Positions 28,301 through 36,102 of a stretch of 64,000 bases of DNA are shown here, piece after piece. Within the stretch, counting starts at the first letter, position 1; the number at the start of each line of letters is the position of its first letter. The translations under genes were made by a program, and so were the position numbers. Source of the stretch: a virus (taxonomy: Duplodnaviria > Caudoviricetes); the IMG/VR virus record IMGVR_UViG_3300028603_000017, positions 64,001 through 128,000 of that record. One strand, written 5' to 3'. Below the pieces are notes generated by a model. The model was not told the origin of the DNA, ran no database searches, and was given only the letters and a program-made list of their open reading frames with translations.

Positions 28301-30529
28301 TACGCTAGGTTCAGCATAAACCAATACAATGGAAGCACCTGTAGGACAATCATAAACAACATTGGTTGAAAAACTAGTGTTTAGAACAACACTATCTGTT
28401 CTAACTTGTGGAGATGTTTGGTTATCAGGAGAGCCAGGATAAACCAAAGTATTGCCCAGTATCGTAATAGATGCTGATGCACCTGCTGCCGTTGTGCCTG
28501 TATTTGGTGTAAACTCAGACACTACACGAATAGTAACAGTTTCACCACCTAAAACATACTTGTATTCAAATAGTCTATAGTTAGCATTAGAGCTAGCTGG
28601 TACAATAGACAATTCGTAGCTGCCAGCAATAGCTGCTGTAGGTACTGTGGTAACAGCATTGGCTATTGATAAAGATTGTCCTGTTACATTAGAATCTAAC
28701 CCAACAACAGAACCATCAGTATCTTCAATGAGTGCTGTTGTTCCAGTGGATGGGTTAGTAATCTTAGAGCTATAGTAGCGCTTAATTGCCCAGGTACCGC
28801 CAGCTGTATAGTCTTGATAAATAATCTCTAACTCAGTGCCGAAAGGACTATTGTAGCTAACCTCTGTCGTCTCAGTAGGAATAATAGCAATGTCATTCGA
28901 TTGCAAATTAGGCTGAGATTGAGTAGTAGAACCTGCATAGGTGCGAGTTGCGCCATTGATAGTAACTGTAACAGCATCACCAGGAATAATGTCAGTACCA
29001 GGTAATCTATTAAATTCTACTTCCAATATAGCGGTTAGTGAGGTAGAGTCTGCAAAAATTGCTGTAAAGCTACCATTATAAACTAGTCTAGAACCAGAAA
29101 AATTAACATCATCTAAGTTCAGTGTAACAGGTACAGGATCTGCTGTATAGTTAATCCCATTGGTATAGTTCTTTCTAACTACCAGTTCTGTCGTAACAGT
29201 AGGTTGCTGTCCATTCATCTGGAAACTACTGTCAAAAGAACTTACGATAGAAAATGACCAACTAGGTTGACCAGGAGCAGGGTTAGGACTAGGTACGTTA
29301 TTGAGTGTACCTAGACCATCAGGTCGGTAAATACCTGCTGAATTAGATTGTGTACCAGCAGCACCTCGTCCACGTATGGACATAATGGAGCCACCGGCAG
29401 GAATAATAAAGTTACCTACGCCAGAACCTGACACATTTTCTGTTACAGTAGTGTAAGGTGGCACAGAACTACCACCAATAGCACCACGACCTGTTACTCT
29501 AACACTATTAACGCCTTGCGGAATAGTGTGCGTGCCAGCACCCGTTAGACTAATGGTTCTGGTAATGGTACCAGGATCATCGTCAAAGAAAGTATTACAA
29601 GTGAAAAATTGTGTAGGAGTATAATCCCCACCTTCACCAGGTATTAGGATATTAGGCTTGATTGTATTGTTATCAATAGGCTCAGTATCTATACCACCGT
29701 ACAGACGCATAAATAGCAAGAACAAGTCAAAGGTTAAGATCTTATTGACAGGATCTTTATTAACGACTTCTTCTAATGATACATAGTTTAGATTTAACTC
29801 TAAACTATCGATATATGCATGTAAGCCAACAGGCGTAACATACAACTCAGGATTGGTACCCGCTATCGTCTCAGCAATCGTAGCAGGTGGATAGTTCATC
29901 ACCTTGCTCAAACCCACATGACTTTTATTGGTTTTATGTGGATTATTAAAATCACTGATGTGAGCTAATAGATCAGCATTGCTATCTCTATTTAAAATAG
30001 CGTCTTCGATACCTTCTAGTGCTTCTACTACCTCTGACATACCTACTAGATCGTCTAGTTGCCAGGCATGTTCAGCAGGAGGAAAGTGAGCAGGAGCACC
30101 ACTGACTTGTTCCCAGGTAGTCGTCCTAGGGTTGTAAATCAAGTCAATGAGTATTTGTGTTAAGGTATCTTGATCTAAAGTCCATTCACCACCTACGGTT
30201 TGGTACTTTAATCTAACATCACCTGTTAAGCCTATGTTATTAAAACAAATAGCACCATAAACAGGTAAAGCTGTTTGCCGAGATGCACCAACGAACTGAA
30301 AGCCGCAATAGTAATCAATATTCTCATCCATAGTAAGCCATGGAGACTCACTATTTTGACGATATTGAACAACCAGTGAACCAGCGTAAAATGGTGCAAA
30401 GTCGGGAATTACAGCGTAATAATCTCGAAAGTTAACTGAAGAAAGAGTTTGAATCTCATCTTCAATTAAGTTAGATAACAACTGACCCGTCGTATCTAAC
30501 GGATAAGTATTCGGTGCCGGTACTGGCAT
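25328..30529 (-). CDS. Long tail fibre / adhesin, paralog A (1733 aa) with FN3-like and three glycine-rich domains
   Basis: AAGGAG RBS; YPLDTTGQLLSNLIEDEIQ, YQTVGG, NPHKTNKSHVGLSKVMN. FN3-like YYVRCRW...SEWS. Three repeats of A-x-GG...Y(K/R)-x-H-x-F...YL-x-x-AGGG...GGSG-x-x-I-x-RY. Confidence 0.8.
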   Translation of the reverse strand: MPVPAPNTYPLDTTGQLLSNLIEDEIQTLSSVNFRDYYAVIPDFAPFYAGSLVVQYRQNSESPWLTMDENIDYYCGFQFVGASRQTALPVYGAICFNNIGLTGDVRLKYQTVGGEWTLDQDTLTQILIDLIYNPRTTTWEQVSGAPAHFPPAEHAWQLDDLVGMSEVVEALEGIEDAILNRDSNADLLAHISDFNNPHKTNKSHVGLSKVMNYPPATIAETIAGTNPELYVTPVGLHAYIDSLELNLNYVSLEEVVNKDPVNKILTFDLFLLFMRLYGGIDTEPIDNNTIKPNILIPGEGGDYTPTQFFTCNTFFDDDPGTITRTISLTGAGTHTIPQGVNSVRVTGRGAIGGSSVPPYTTVTENVSGSGVGNFIIPAGGSIMSIRGRGAAGTQSNSAGIYRPDGLGTLNNVPSPNPAPGQPSWSFSIVSSFDSSFQMNGQQPTVTTELVVRKNYTNGINYTADPVPVTLNLDDVNFSGSRLVYNGSFTAIFADSTSLTAILEVEFNRLPGTDIIPGDAVTVTINGATRTYAGSTTQSQPNLQSNDIAIIPTETTEVSYNSPFGTELEIIYQDYTAGGTWAIKRYYSSKITNPSTGTTALIEDTDGSVVGLDSNVTGQSLSIANAVTTVPTAAIAGSYELSIVPASSNANYRLFEYKYVLGGETVTIRVVSEFTPNTGTTAAGASASITILGNTLVYPGSPDNQTSPQVRTDSVVLNTSFSTNVVYDCPTGASIVLVYAEPSVSSSVTHSDTIWEVATDDLFESGSIVDSTAAGKGSGFTLTQWKVNDPDVFINNTYYYVRCRWVRSDDTLSEWSDVREFRFIAAITYPPRDTELSRYCKGYDLYGIYADGVGGNYERIITANSPTCGYTPPVGNKPISATGGTITTINCYKIHTFRDSGTFTVTDVGTLGGVIDYLIVAGGGPGGTCPGSNSQGTGAGANGGGGGGDVIIGTATVSAQSYSVVVGAGGVHPGNGGNSSFMNITAQGGGRGGAYNGNYIPAMPGGSGGGAGQPGHNQTRTGAVSSSGLGNKGGDVAIPSKYVTGGGGGGGGAGGPGQDAQRNGQPAPIHGGNGGAGKLSDISGSNAYYGAGGGGAGCNASSTNTNYGGVATPAGNVGIGGSGVGGNGANYKGAYPTEGKVNTGSGGGGGNGGERPGAKGGSGIVIVRYRNCVEESTDQTCIEATGGETKEITISGQKYRVHIFRASGSFTVTKSCSRDQIEYLVVAGGGGGATGTGGGGGAGGAKVGSATVTQGTYAVTVGSGGAPGQSGGNSQISNISDIAYGGGAGGAVLSDGAAGGCGGGAGGIYPKPTTNVPARSGGPGTDGQRGGNRGASSTGRTASAGGGGMGGPGGNVPGDSREGGAGGVGIISAITGDSIYYAGGGGGAGAAGGSGGAGGLGGGGNGGSESGISGSPGTPNTGGGGGATGGSGTVAGAGGSGIVIIRYKIYTQVTSSTRIQAAGGSETTITVGGKKYKVHTFNVSDNFTVTNAGSSDQMIDYLIIAGGGGGGGRGGGGGAGGMLEGQFRPTATAYPATVGNGGLGSVQGTRASSNGGNSSIFDIVAYGGGRGGDYNGGAGGNGGSGGGAGGQRSDQGAQSVAPGGSGVSRQGNAGGSNPGMASSGGGGGGAGGAGGQSLLDGSTNGTAGNGGIGRISSITGTEVRYAGGGGGSGIAGSTRGAGGAGGGGAGGAFNGTAGTPNTGGGGGAAGSTDDNWGTGGSGGSGVIIVRYEID

Positions 30530-30689
30530 GCGTTAACTCCTTCAAACTAAATCAGTATGAGTCATGAGTTCATGATAATAGTAAAAATATTGGATGCACT
30601 AGCATTTCAATAATTCTTAATTTGCTGGCTATAATATTTGAAATGGTGGCTTAGCGTGTTCATATTAAATTTGCAAAAGGATAAATATC

Positions 30690-31934
30690 GTGTATACGGT
30701 CGTTAAGTCTTACGGTATTGCCAAAGGAGCTAATCAGCGCTGGCAAGAGCTCAATTTAGGCGCTATGCCAGTTAATGAAATATTTCAGCTCTATAGAAAA
30801 GTATATTTAGAATTAACAGCAGCTTTTTTAGAAGAAAATATCTATGTAGATCTGGAAGTGTTCAGACTATTATATATAAACTTTGAAGGAACTCTCTCAG
30901 ATTTACTGGATGAAAATGGTAATGAAACCATACCTACTATTGATGAGATCCCTAACCTAGAAGTTAAAAGAGCATATTTTGCTGACGCTATATATAGTGG
31001 TTATGAAGTTGAATTATCTAACCAATCTCCTGTCGGTGAGAAATCAGTCATAGATCTTAAAATCAGTAGATCTAGAACCGATATGACAGAAGTCTATGAA
31101 CACTGCTTATTTACTGTCAATGGTTTTTTCCATATGAGTGATAGAGATAATGAATTTGTCTATATCAACCATGGTGGTAACACCATGCTCAAAAGCAGAG
31201 ATAACCATTTGGGTATTTGGTCTTGGCTCAATGTCGGTAAAATTAATCAAGTAAAGATTACTGACGATATGCTATTTAAGCAAAATGATGAGTCTAGCTT
31301 TAGCGATAGAGTTTATATAAAGATAAATCAAGATACTGAAAACAAAACAGTATTATTATTTGCTGGTGGTTATTTAGTTAGACCTGAGCCAGAGATATTC
31401 TTTCCAGTAGGCAACGATACCTGGTGTATCAATATGGGTAGATTGCCTTTATTGCGCAGGTATTTTGAATCTAGACAATATATAGACTATAGCTTTTTAG
31501 AATTAGACAGCTCTACTGTCAATGATAGTCTAATTAGTTTAAATCAATTTTACAGTGATGAAAAACTAAGAAAATACTTAACCCTACCTCAATCGTTTAT
31601 TGCTATCATTGATCAACCTGATGTTTATTTTGAAGAACACTTTGTTAGATCTTCTCCTGCACCCGGTATGCTGGTGTCTTACTATGAACCTATATTTCCT
31701 ATCTTTGTAGGTGCAGGTCGATCTCCCAGTTATTGGAAAAGACATGAAAATGGTCAATGGTCTATTACAGTAGCAGATTCATTCAGACAAAATAGAATGT
31801 TTGAAACTGCTCAAATAGGCACTATTGATTACGCTAATGATTCCAATCAAACCATTCGTCCAGCATTTTTAAGTAAAGCTTATCTATTAGAAGCTGGTAT
31901 TGATTTTGAATTAGAAGAGCCACAAACTCCTTAA
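30690..31934 (+). CDS. Conserved jumbo-phage virion structural protein (414 aa)
   Basis: GTG start after AAGGA. CLFTVNGFFH and KYLTLPQSFI motifs recall phiKZ-family structural proteins; divergent from the fibre array. Confidence 0.55.
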   Translation: MYTVVKSYGIAKGANQRWQELNLGAMPVNEIFQLYRKVYLELTAAFLEENIYVDLEVFRLLYINFEGTLSDLLDENGNETIPTIDEIPNLEVKRAYFADAIYSGYEVELSNQSPVGEKSVIDLKISRSRTDMTEVYEHCLFTVNGFFHMSDRDNEFVYINHGGNTMLKSRDNHLGIWSWLNVGKINQVKITDDMLFKQNDESSFSDRVYIKINQDTENKTVLLFAGGYLVRPEPEIFFPVGNDTWCINMGRLPLLRRYFESRQYIDYSFLELDSSTVNDSLISLNQFYSDEKLRKYLTLPQSFIAIIDQPDVYFEEHFVRSSPAPGMLVSYYEPIFPIFVGAGRSPSYWKRHENGQWSITVADSFRQNRMFETAQIGTIDYANDSNQTIRPAFLSKAYLLEAGIDFELEEPQTP

Positions 31935-31937
31935 CGG

Positions 31938-31977
31938 CATACACTCCAGAGTCCTACTATAGGACTCTGGAGCTATG
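31938..31977. terminator. CATA...TATG palindrome 8, convergent junction
   Basis: CATA-ca-CTCCAGAGTCCTA-cta-TAGGACTCTGGAG-c-TATG. Confidence 0.7.
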
Positions 31978-31988
31978 TCGCTATTGTT

Positions 31989-32789
31989 TTAGCTACGGTT
32001 TTTGGTTATGAATACCTCTTCATACAAACGATCAACAATTTGTTTTTGCTCATCAGTAATGCTGGTACTGATGATCACATCTACCGGCTTAAAGGGTAGA
32101 TCCATCATTTTCACATTTAGATTAAATTCTCCTAAATCAGGTTTCTTGATTTTAAGTGCTTCAAGAATTGGATTGACTTCCAAATCAATCTTTACGTAAA
32201 GATTATAGGTATCGTCTGGATTAAAGAACACATCTACTTCATAAAAGGTATCTTGTACTTCAATATCTTCTACACCAGCAGATGTTTTAATTTGTACTGA
32301 TGTGACAGGAAACTTAAATCTGTCTTTAATCATACCGTTATTAGCGATTTGACTAAAGTTAATAAAAGTCATTTCATCGATAGCGTTGGTTTGTTCAACG
32401 GATCCATCAATACCTGCATTCTTTGATTTCTTTTTGAAAGTCATTGAGTAAGTAGGCTCTAGTCCATCTTTGACAGTCTTGCGTACTCTGACTTTACCTT
32501 TTTGTGTTTTGATTTCCCATTGATCGTGATGCTCTTTAGCGCTAGCTAGTTTTAAACCATCAGGGTTTGTCATCTTAGCATAGAAAACAATTTCGTCTTC
32601 TCGATGCGCTTGTTTTTCATCAGCAGACACTGCATTTTGCTGATGCTTAGCAATATCTTCTTTGGTAGTCGCTGTAGGATTGGGTGTGTCGCTGGTTTGA
32701 CTAGCAGCTTCACTGACTTGATCAGCATTTGAAGCATCTTGATCTTCTTGCTCCATAGCTGCTTTTAGTAATCTTTTTTTGAAACTCAT
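31989..32789 (-). CDS. CYTH-like (triphosphate tunnel) domain protein with N-terminal extension
   Basis: E-x-E start of the barrel (REDEIVFYAK), RVRK, MTFKK, K-x-R (IKDRFKF), YEVDVF and KIDLEV occur in CYTH order. Confidence 0.6.
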   Translation of the reverse strand: MSFKKRLLKAAMEQEDQDASNADQVSEAASQTSDTPNPTATTKEDIAKHQQNAVSADEKQAHREDEIVFYAKMTNPDGLKLASAKEHHDQWEIKTQKGKVRVRKTVKDGLEPTYSMTFKKKSKNAGIDGSVEQTNAIDEMTFINFSQIANNGMIKDRFKFPVTSVQIKTSAGVEDIEVQDTFYEVDVFFNPDDTYNLYVKIDLEVNPILEALKIKKPDLGEFNLNVKMMDLPFKPVDVIISTSITDEQKQIVDRLYEEVFITKNRS

Positions 32790-32796
32790 TATATCC

Positions 32797-33327
32797 TCAA
32801 TACGGTGATGATGGTGTATCCGTGAAAATTATTCGTAATACTTCTTGTAGAGTATTCATGATACCTGTTAAAGCACCATTTTCATCTAAGACACCTTTTT
32901 GTAAGCTCATATAAGTAAAGATGCCTATAATCAATACGATAATACCAACAAGCACTATAGTTCCATAAAACTTTAGCTTGAATTGAAGATTATCTCTATT
33001 GACTTGGTGTCTTTCCTTATAACTGACTGGTCCTAAACTATCTAAGTTATATAGCTCAGGATCATTTTTTATAGTCATCATCATACCGAGTAGAACTCTA
33101 GCCTTATCTTCCTCACTTAAAGCTAGAAACCCTTTATAATAAATTTCTTTATTATCAATCAGTAAAGGCGAGTGTTCAGTAATATTGAATTCTCTTTTGT
33201 CAATACCTGGATCTAGTTGGGTACTGTCTCCAAATTCAAGATTAGACTCTTGTTCATCTTTTCCTAAATGAGAACCTATCTGAGATTTCGACTTATCTGA
33301 ATCACCTGTTAAGCTATCATTGCTCAT
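32797..33327 (-). CDS. Membrane protein, holin candidate (176 aa)
   Basis: TM segment FYGTIVLVGIIVLIIGIFTYMSL plus a C-terminal amphipathic helix. Overlaps the o-spanin stop, suggesting translational coupling. Confidence 0.4.
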   Translation of the reverse strand: MSNDSLTGDSDKSKSQIGSHLGKDEQESNLEFGDSTQLDPGIDKREFNITEHSPLLIDNKEIYYKGFLALSEEDKARVLLGMMMTIKNDPELYNLDSLGPVSYKERHQVNRDNLQFKLKFYGTIVLVGIIVLIIGIFTYMSLQKGVLDENGALTGIMNTLQEVLRIIFTDTPSSPY

Positions 33328-33676
33328 TTAACTCACGAATAGCGTTTTCCCTGTATTGCTTTAGAAACAATTCTTTTTGTTTAGCATTCCAAGTACGAGC
33401 GCCATCAATAGTGTTATTGCACACAGTCACAGTCTGGATCAAACCTTCGGTGTATTCAATCAACATCTTTTCTTTATCCGTAGCACTGGCTGCTTTATAT
33501 TTAGCTTGCTCAGGAGGAACAGGTTGTAAGCAATTGGGTAGCAAGTGATCAGGAATCACTGCCAACATTGTTCTGGTACGGTATTCAATTTTAGGCTCTT
33601 GCACAGTAGGATTGCTAACACAACCTACCATGAATACAGAAAAAGCAATAGTCAGTGGTGCAAAAATACGCTTCAT
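33317..33676 (-). CDS. Outer-membrane lipoprotein, o-spanin (Rz1-like)
   Basis: Signal peptide II MKRIFAPLTIAFSVFMVG|C, Pro-rich IPDHLLPNCLQPVPP, C-terminal helix with VCNN. Directly follows an i-spanin-like gene. Confidence 0.8.
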   Translation of the reverse strand: MKRIFAPLTIAFSVFMVGCVSNPTVQEPKIEYRTRTMLAVIPDHLLPNCLQPVPPEQAKYKAASATDKEKMLIEYTEGLIQTVTVCNNTIDGARTWNAKQKELFLKQYRENAIRELNEQ

Positions 33677-33702
33677 AATTCACCTATTATAATTAAATTG
33701 GG

Positions 33703-34287
33703 TTATTGTTTCTTTAAGATTTCACTACAAGTGTCAATAGATTCTTGCCTTGGTCTATTTGAGCTACAGTATGATTTCCAAATAGAATTTATCCTAAGCT
33801 CTGATAAAGCTTCAGGAATTTGTTCTGCTGCAATATTTTTTACTTCAGTAACAGTTTTGGTAGGAGAGCCTTTAGGAGCAGGTTTGGTTACTTTAACTGT
33901 TTTAGTCTCTTTAATGATCTCTTCTTGTTTTTTTCTATCTTCTTTGATATCTGTTAAAGTGGTTTTAGACTCTTCTTGAACCTTATTGACTTCACCAGTA
34001 ACTTCGTTGCTGATTTCTTCCGAAGCTTTAAGTAGCTTTATTTCATTTTCTAAACGCTCTTTCTCACCTTCTAGGTTTTGAATCTTAACATCTTGATCAT
34101 TGATTTGTTTTTTCTGATCTTCAACAGTTTGTACCAGCTCAGTATAAGACTTATAAGCATCTACAGCCTTAGAGCCTAACCATACAGCACCAAGAGCCAA
34201 TAGACCAATAACAATCCATTTAACGTAAGACATCCATCCTTTTGCTATAGAGCTAAAAGATAAAGCCAATAATTGCGATATTGACAT
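33703..34287 (-). CDS. Inner-membrane spanin (Rz-like)
   Basis: N-terminal TM (WIVIGLLALGAVWLG), long coiled coil, C-terminal WKSYC...C. Confidence 0.75.
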   Translation of the reverse strand: MSISQLLALSFSSIAKGWMSYVKWIVIGLLALGAVWLGSKAVDAYKSYTELVQTVEDQKKQINDQDVKIQNLEGEKERLENEIKLLKASEEISNEVTGEVNKVQEESKTTLTDIKEDRKKQEEIIKETKTVKVTKPAPKGSPTKTVTEVKNIAAEQIPEALSELRINSIWKSYCSSNRPRQESIDTCSEILKKQ

Positions 34288-34301
34288 AATTTACTTCCTA
34301 A

Positions 34302-34529
34302 TTACTTTTTAACATTAGGTTTAGGTTCTTCTAATTCAATCTTAGGTTCAGACTGAATAACGAATGTGCAATAAGACTCAACAGAATTTACTCTACGGTA
34401 GAGCTGATTTAAAGAACCTATAACCAAAAACTGACCAACAACAGAAAACAAAATTAAAGCAATTAATCCATTGACTTTCCAACGAAAGTGTTTCAAATGT
34501 ATACTTTCCTCAGTGTGATTTTCCAACAT
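34302..34529 (-). CDS. Small single-TM membrane protein (75 aa), possible lysis regulator
   Basis: GLIALILFSVVGQFLVIG hydrophobic segment; AAGGA RBS; directly upstream of the spanins. Confidence 0.5.
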   Translation of the reverse strand: MLENHTEESIHLKHFRWKVNGLIALILFSVVGQFLVIGSLNQLYRRVNSVESYCTFVIQSEPKIELEEPKPNVKK

Positions 34530-34546
34530 AGTTACTTTTCCTTATT

Positions 34547-35119
34547 TCACTGATTAGAATTATCTTTTAAGTATTTGATCTGACAATACCCTACAGCTAA
34601 TGCGTCTATAGAGTGCTCGTCTAAATCTTTTAACTCAATATCCCCATTATAAGCTAAATCTGTTAGTTTCAATACAGATTCTTTCATTTTGTCTTTATCA
34701 GCATTACCAGCAGCGTGTACGCTGTTTTTAATACTACTAGGATCTATCATGAATAAAGGCTGCCAGACGCTGTATTCTATTACAGCGTCTTTTATCATTG
34801 ATAAAACTTCAACCAAAGGTTGAAACGCTCCTGGTCTTCTGGGATTAAAAAATGGAGACTCACAAGCTATTACGCTTGGTTGTATTTTATTGAAATATTC
34901 TAATAAACATTCTCTAAGTTTATATATTCGAGCAGTTCTATAAGAATGTATTTGTGCTAGCCAAGATCTTTCATTGACCATTTTACTGGCAATAATAGTA
35001 AAAGCTCTGGACTCTAGTATCTTAAATGTATCAAACTCTACTTTGTAAAGAGACACACCCAGTTTATCTGATCCAGGATCTATCCCTATTAAAGTAAAAT
35101 AGTTTTCATTGGTTTGCAT
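34547..35119 (-). CDS. ruvC: RuvC-like Holliday junction resolvase
   Basis: LIGIDPGS, VIACESPF, P-x-x-I-K (PSSIKN), G-x-A-x-K (GNADK) and DEHSIDALAVG motifs. Confidence 0.9.
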   Translation of the reverse strand: MQTNENYFTLIGIDPGSDKLGVSLYKVEFDTFKILESRAFTIIASKMVNERSWLAQIHSYRTARIYKLRECLLEYFNKIQPSVIACESPFFNPRRPGAFQPLVEVLSMIKDAVIEYSVWQPLFMIDPSSIKNSVHAAGNADKDKMKESVLKLTDLAYNGDIELKDLDEHSIDALAVGYCQIKYLKDNSNQ

Positions 35120-35125
35120 AAATAA

Positions 35126-35161
35126 TAGACTCTATAGCCTATTGATAGGCTATAGAGTCTA
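35126..35161. terminator. Palindrome 9 (17-bp arms), degenerate family member
   Basis: TAGACTCTATAGCCTAT-tg-ATAGGCTATAGAGTCTA. CATA lies at 35117-35120 (overlapping the ruvC start codon); the right end reads GATG. Confidence 0.6.
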
Positions 35162-35173
35162 GATGATTAAGGA

Positions 35174-36016
35174 TTATGACAGATACAGGGGCTCAGTAGC
35201 ACCCACGTCAAAGTTAGAATTAATACCACCATTGGTAAAGCGGATAGCGTGGAAAGTACTGATATGGGTACACACTTGAGCACCAATGATTTCAGTATAG
35301 TTAAATGATGCGCCTAAATAATCAGTTGCACCAATGACTTTATCAACACCAGCTACTAAACCTAGCTCTGAAATAATAGCGTAATCTTCACTACCGTAGA
35401 TAATGTTAGCAGCATTTTTAATTTCATCCATATCAAATTGATCTAGAATAAAACTAATAGGAGCGCTAGCTAATACAAAATCACCCGTGGTAGGAACAAC
35501 TTCACCAATTACAGTATCAGGAGGAGTAGGTGTGAGGTTACCTGCATTAGGAATAAAAGGATTCGTAGTTTCTACGTTGTTCTCAATATTCTTCAAAAGC
35601 ATCTGTGCCTGAACACCAGTCATATCCATACGACGAGCATAATAAGCAACATACTCATCGTTATCGATAGTGATGTTTTTCCTAAGACCATAACTGGCTC
35701 TGGTAGTCGCATCAATGTCGTTAGCTACAGGACGCAAAATGAACGGCAAGTGTGAGTATAAAGCAGCATCCGTAGGAGAATGTTGTAAAGGCTTAGGGAC
35801 AGGCAATGAATTGTTGCCTGAGACTTCCATCATGTGTCCACCATTACCAATGACAACATAACGCATCTTTTGCTCATCATTGACATTGAGTTCGTATGAT
35901 GGAGCAATATTAAATTTCTCATTAAGAGTTGTATATTCTTCTAGCTCATTGGGCACCCCAAGCAATTGAGATGTTTGAATTTTAGCACCGTATACAGTAC
36001 GGACAATAAGTTCCAC
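35174..36016 (-). CDS. Virion structural (baseplate/tail-associated) protein, 280 aa
   Basis: TTLNEKF, IGNGGH, LYSHLPFILR and AIISELGLVAG motifs recall a conserved phiKZ-family structural protein found near the portal gene. Confidence 0.6.
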   Translation of the reverse strand: MELIVRTVYGAKIQTSQLLGVPNELEEYTTLNEKFNIAPSYELNVNDEQKMRYVVIGNGGHMMEVSGNNSLPVPKPLQHSPTDAALYSHLPFILRPVANDIDATTRASYGLRKNITIDNDEYVAYYARRMDMTGVQAQMLLKNIENNVETTNPFIPNAGNLTPTPPDTVIGEVVPTTGDFVLASAPISFILDQFDMDEIKNAANIIYGSEDYAIISELGLVAGVDKVIGATDYLGASFNYTEIIGAQVCTHISTFHAIRFTNGGINSNFDVGATEPLYLS

Positions 36017-36102
36017 GATAAAAACTCCAGTTTATACTTCAAATAGATTTTTACTATAAGTATTTTTTTATATAGTAATTAAGAATTAATCAACTCAAAT
36101 AA

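Noticed and set aside
16756-30529. Diversity-generating retroelement or invertase shufflon acting on the fibre genes
   Set aside because: No reverse transcriptase, adenine-variant template/variable repeat pair or site-specific recombinase was seen in the window.
30603-30645. Inverted repeat CATTTCAA...TTGAAATG in the divergent intergenic region
   Set aside because: Only 8 bp, AT-rich and seen once; could be chance.
33545-33979. 144-aa + strand ORF over the spanin genes
   Set aside because: Antisense to two well-supported genes.
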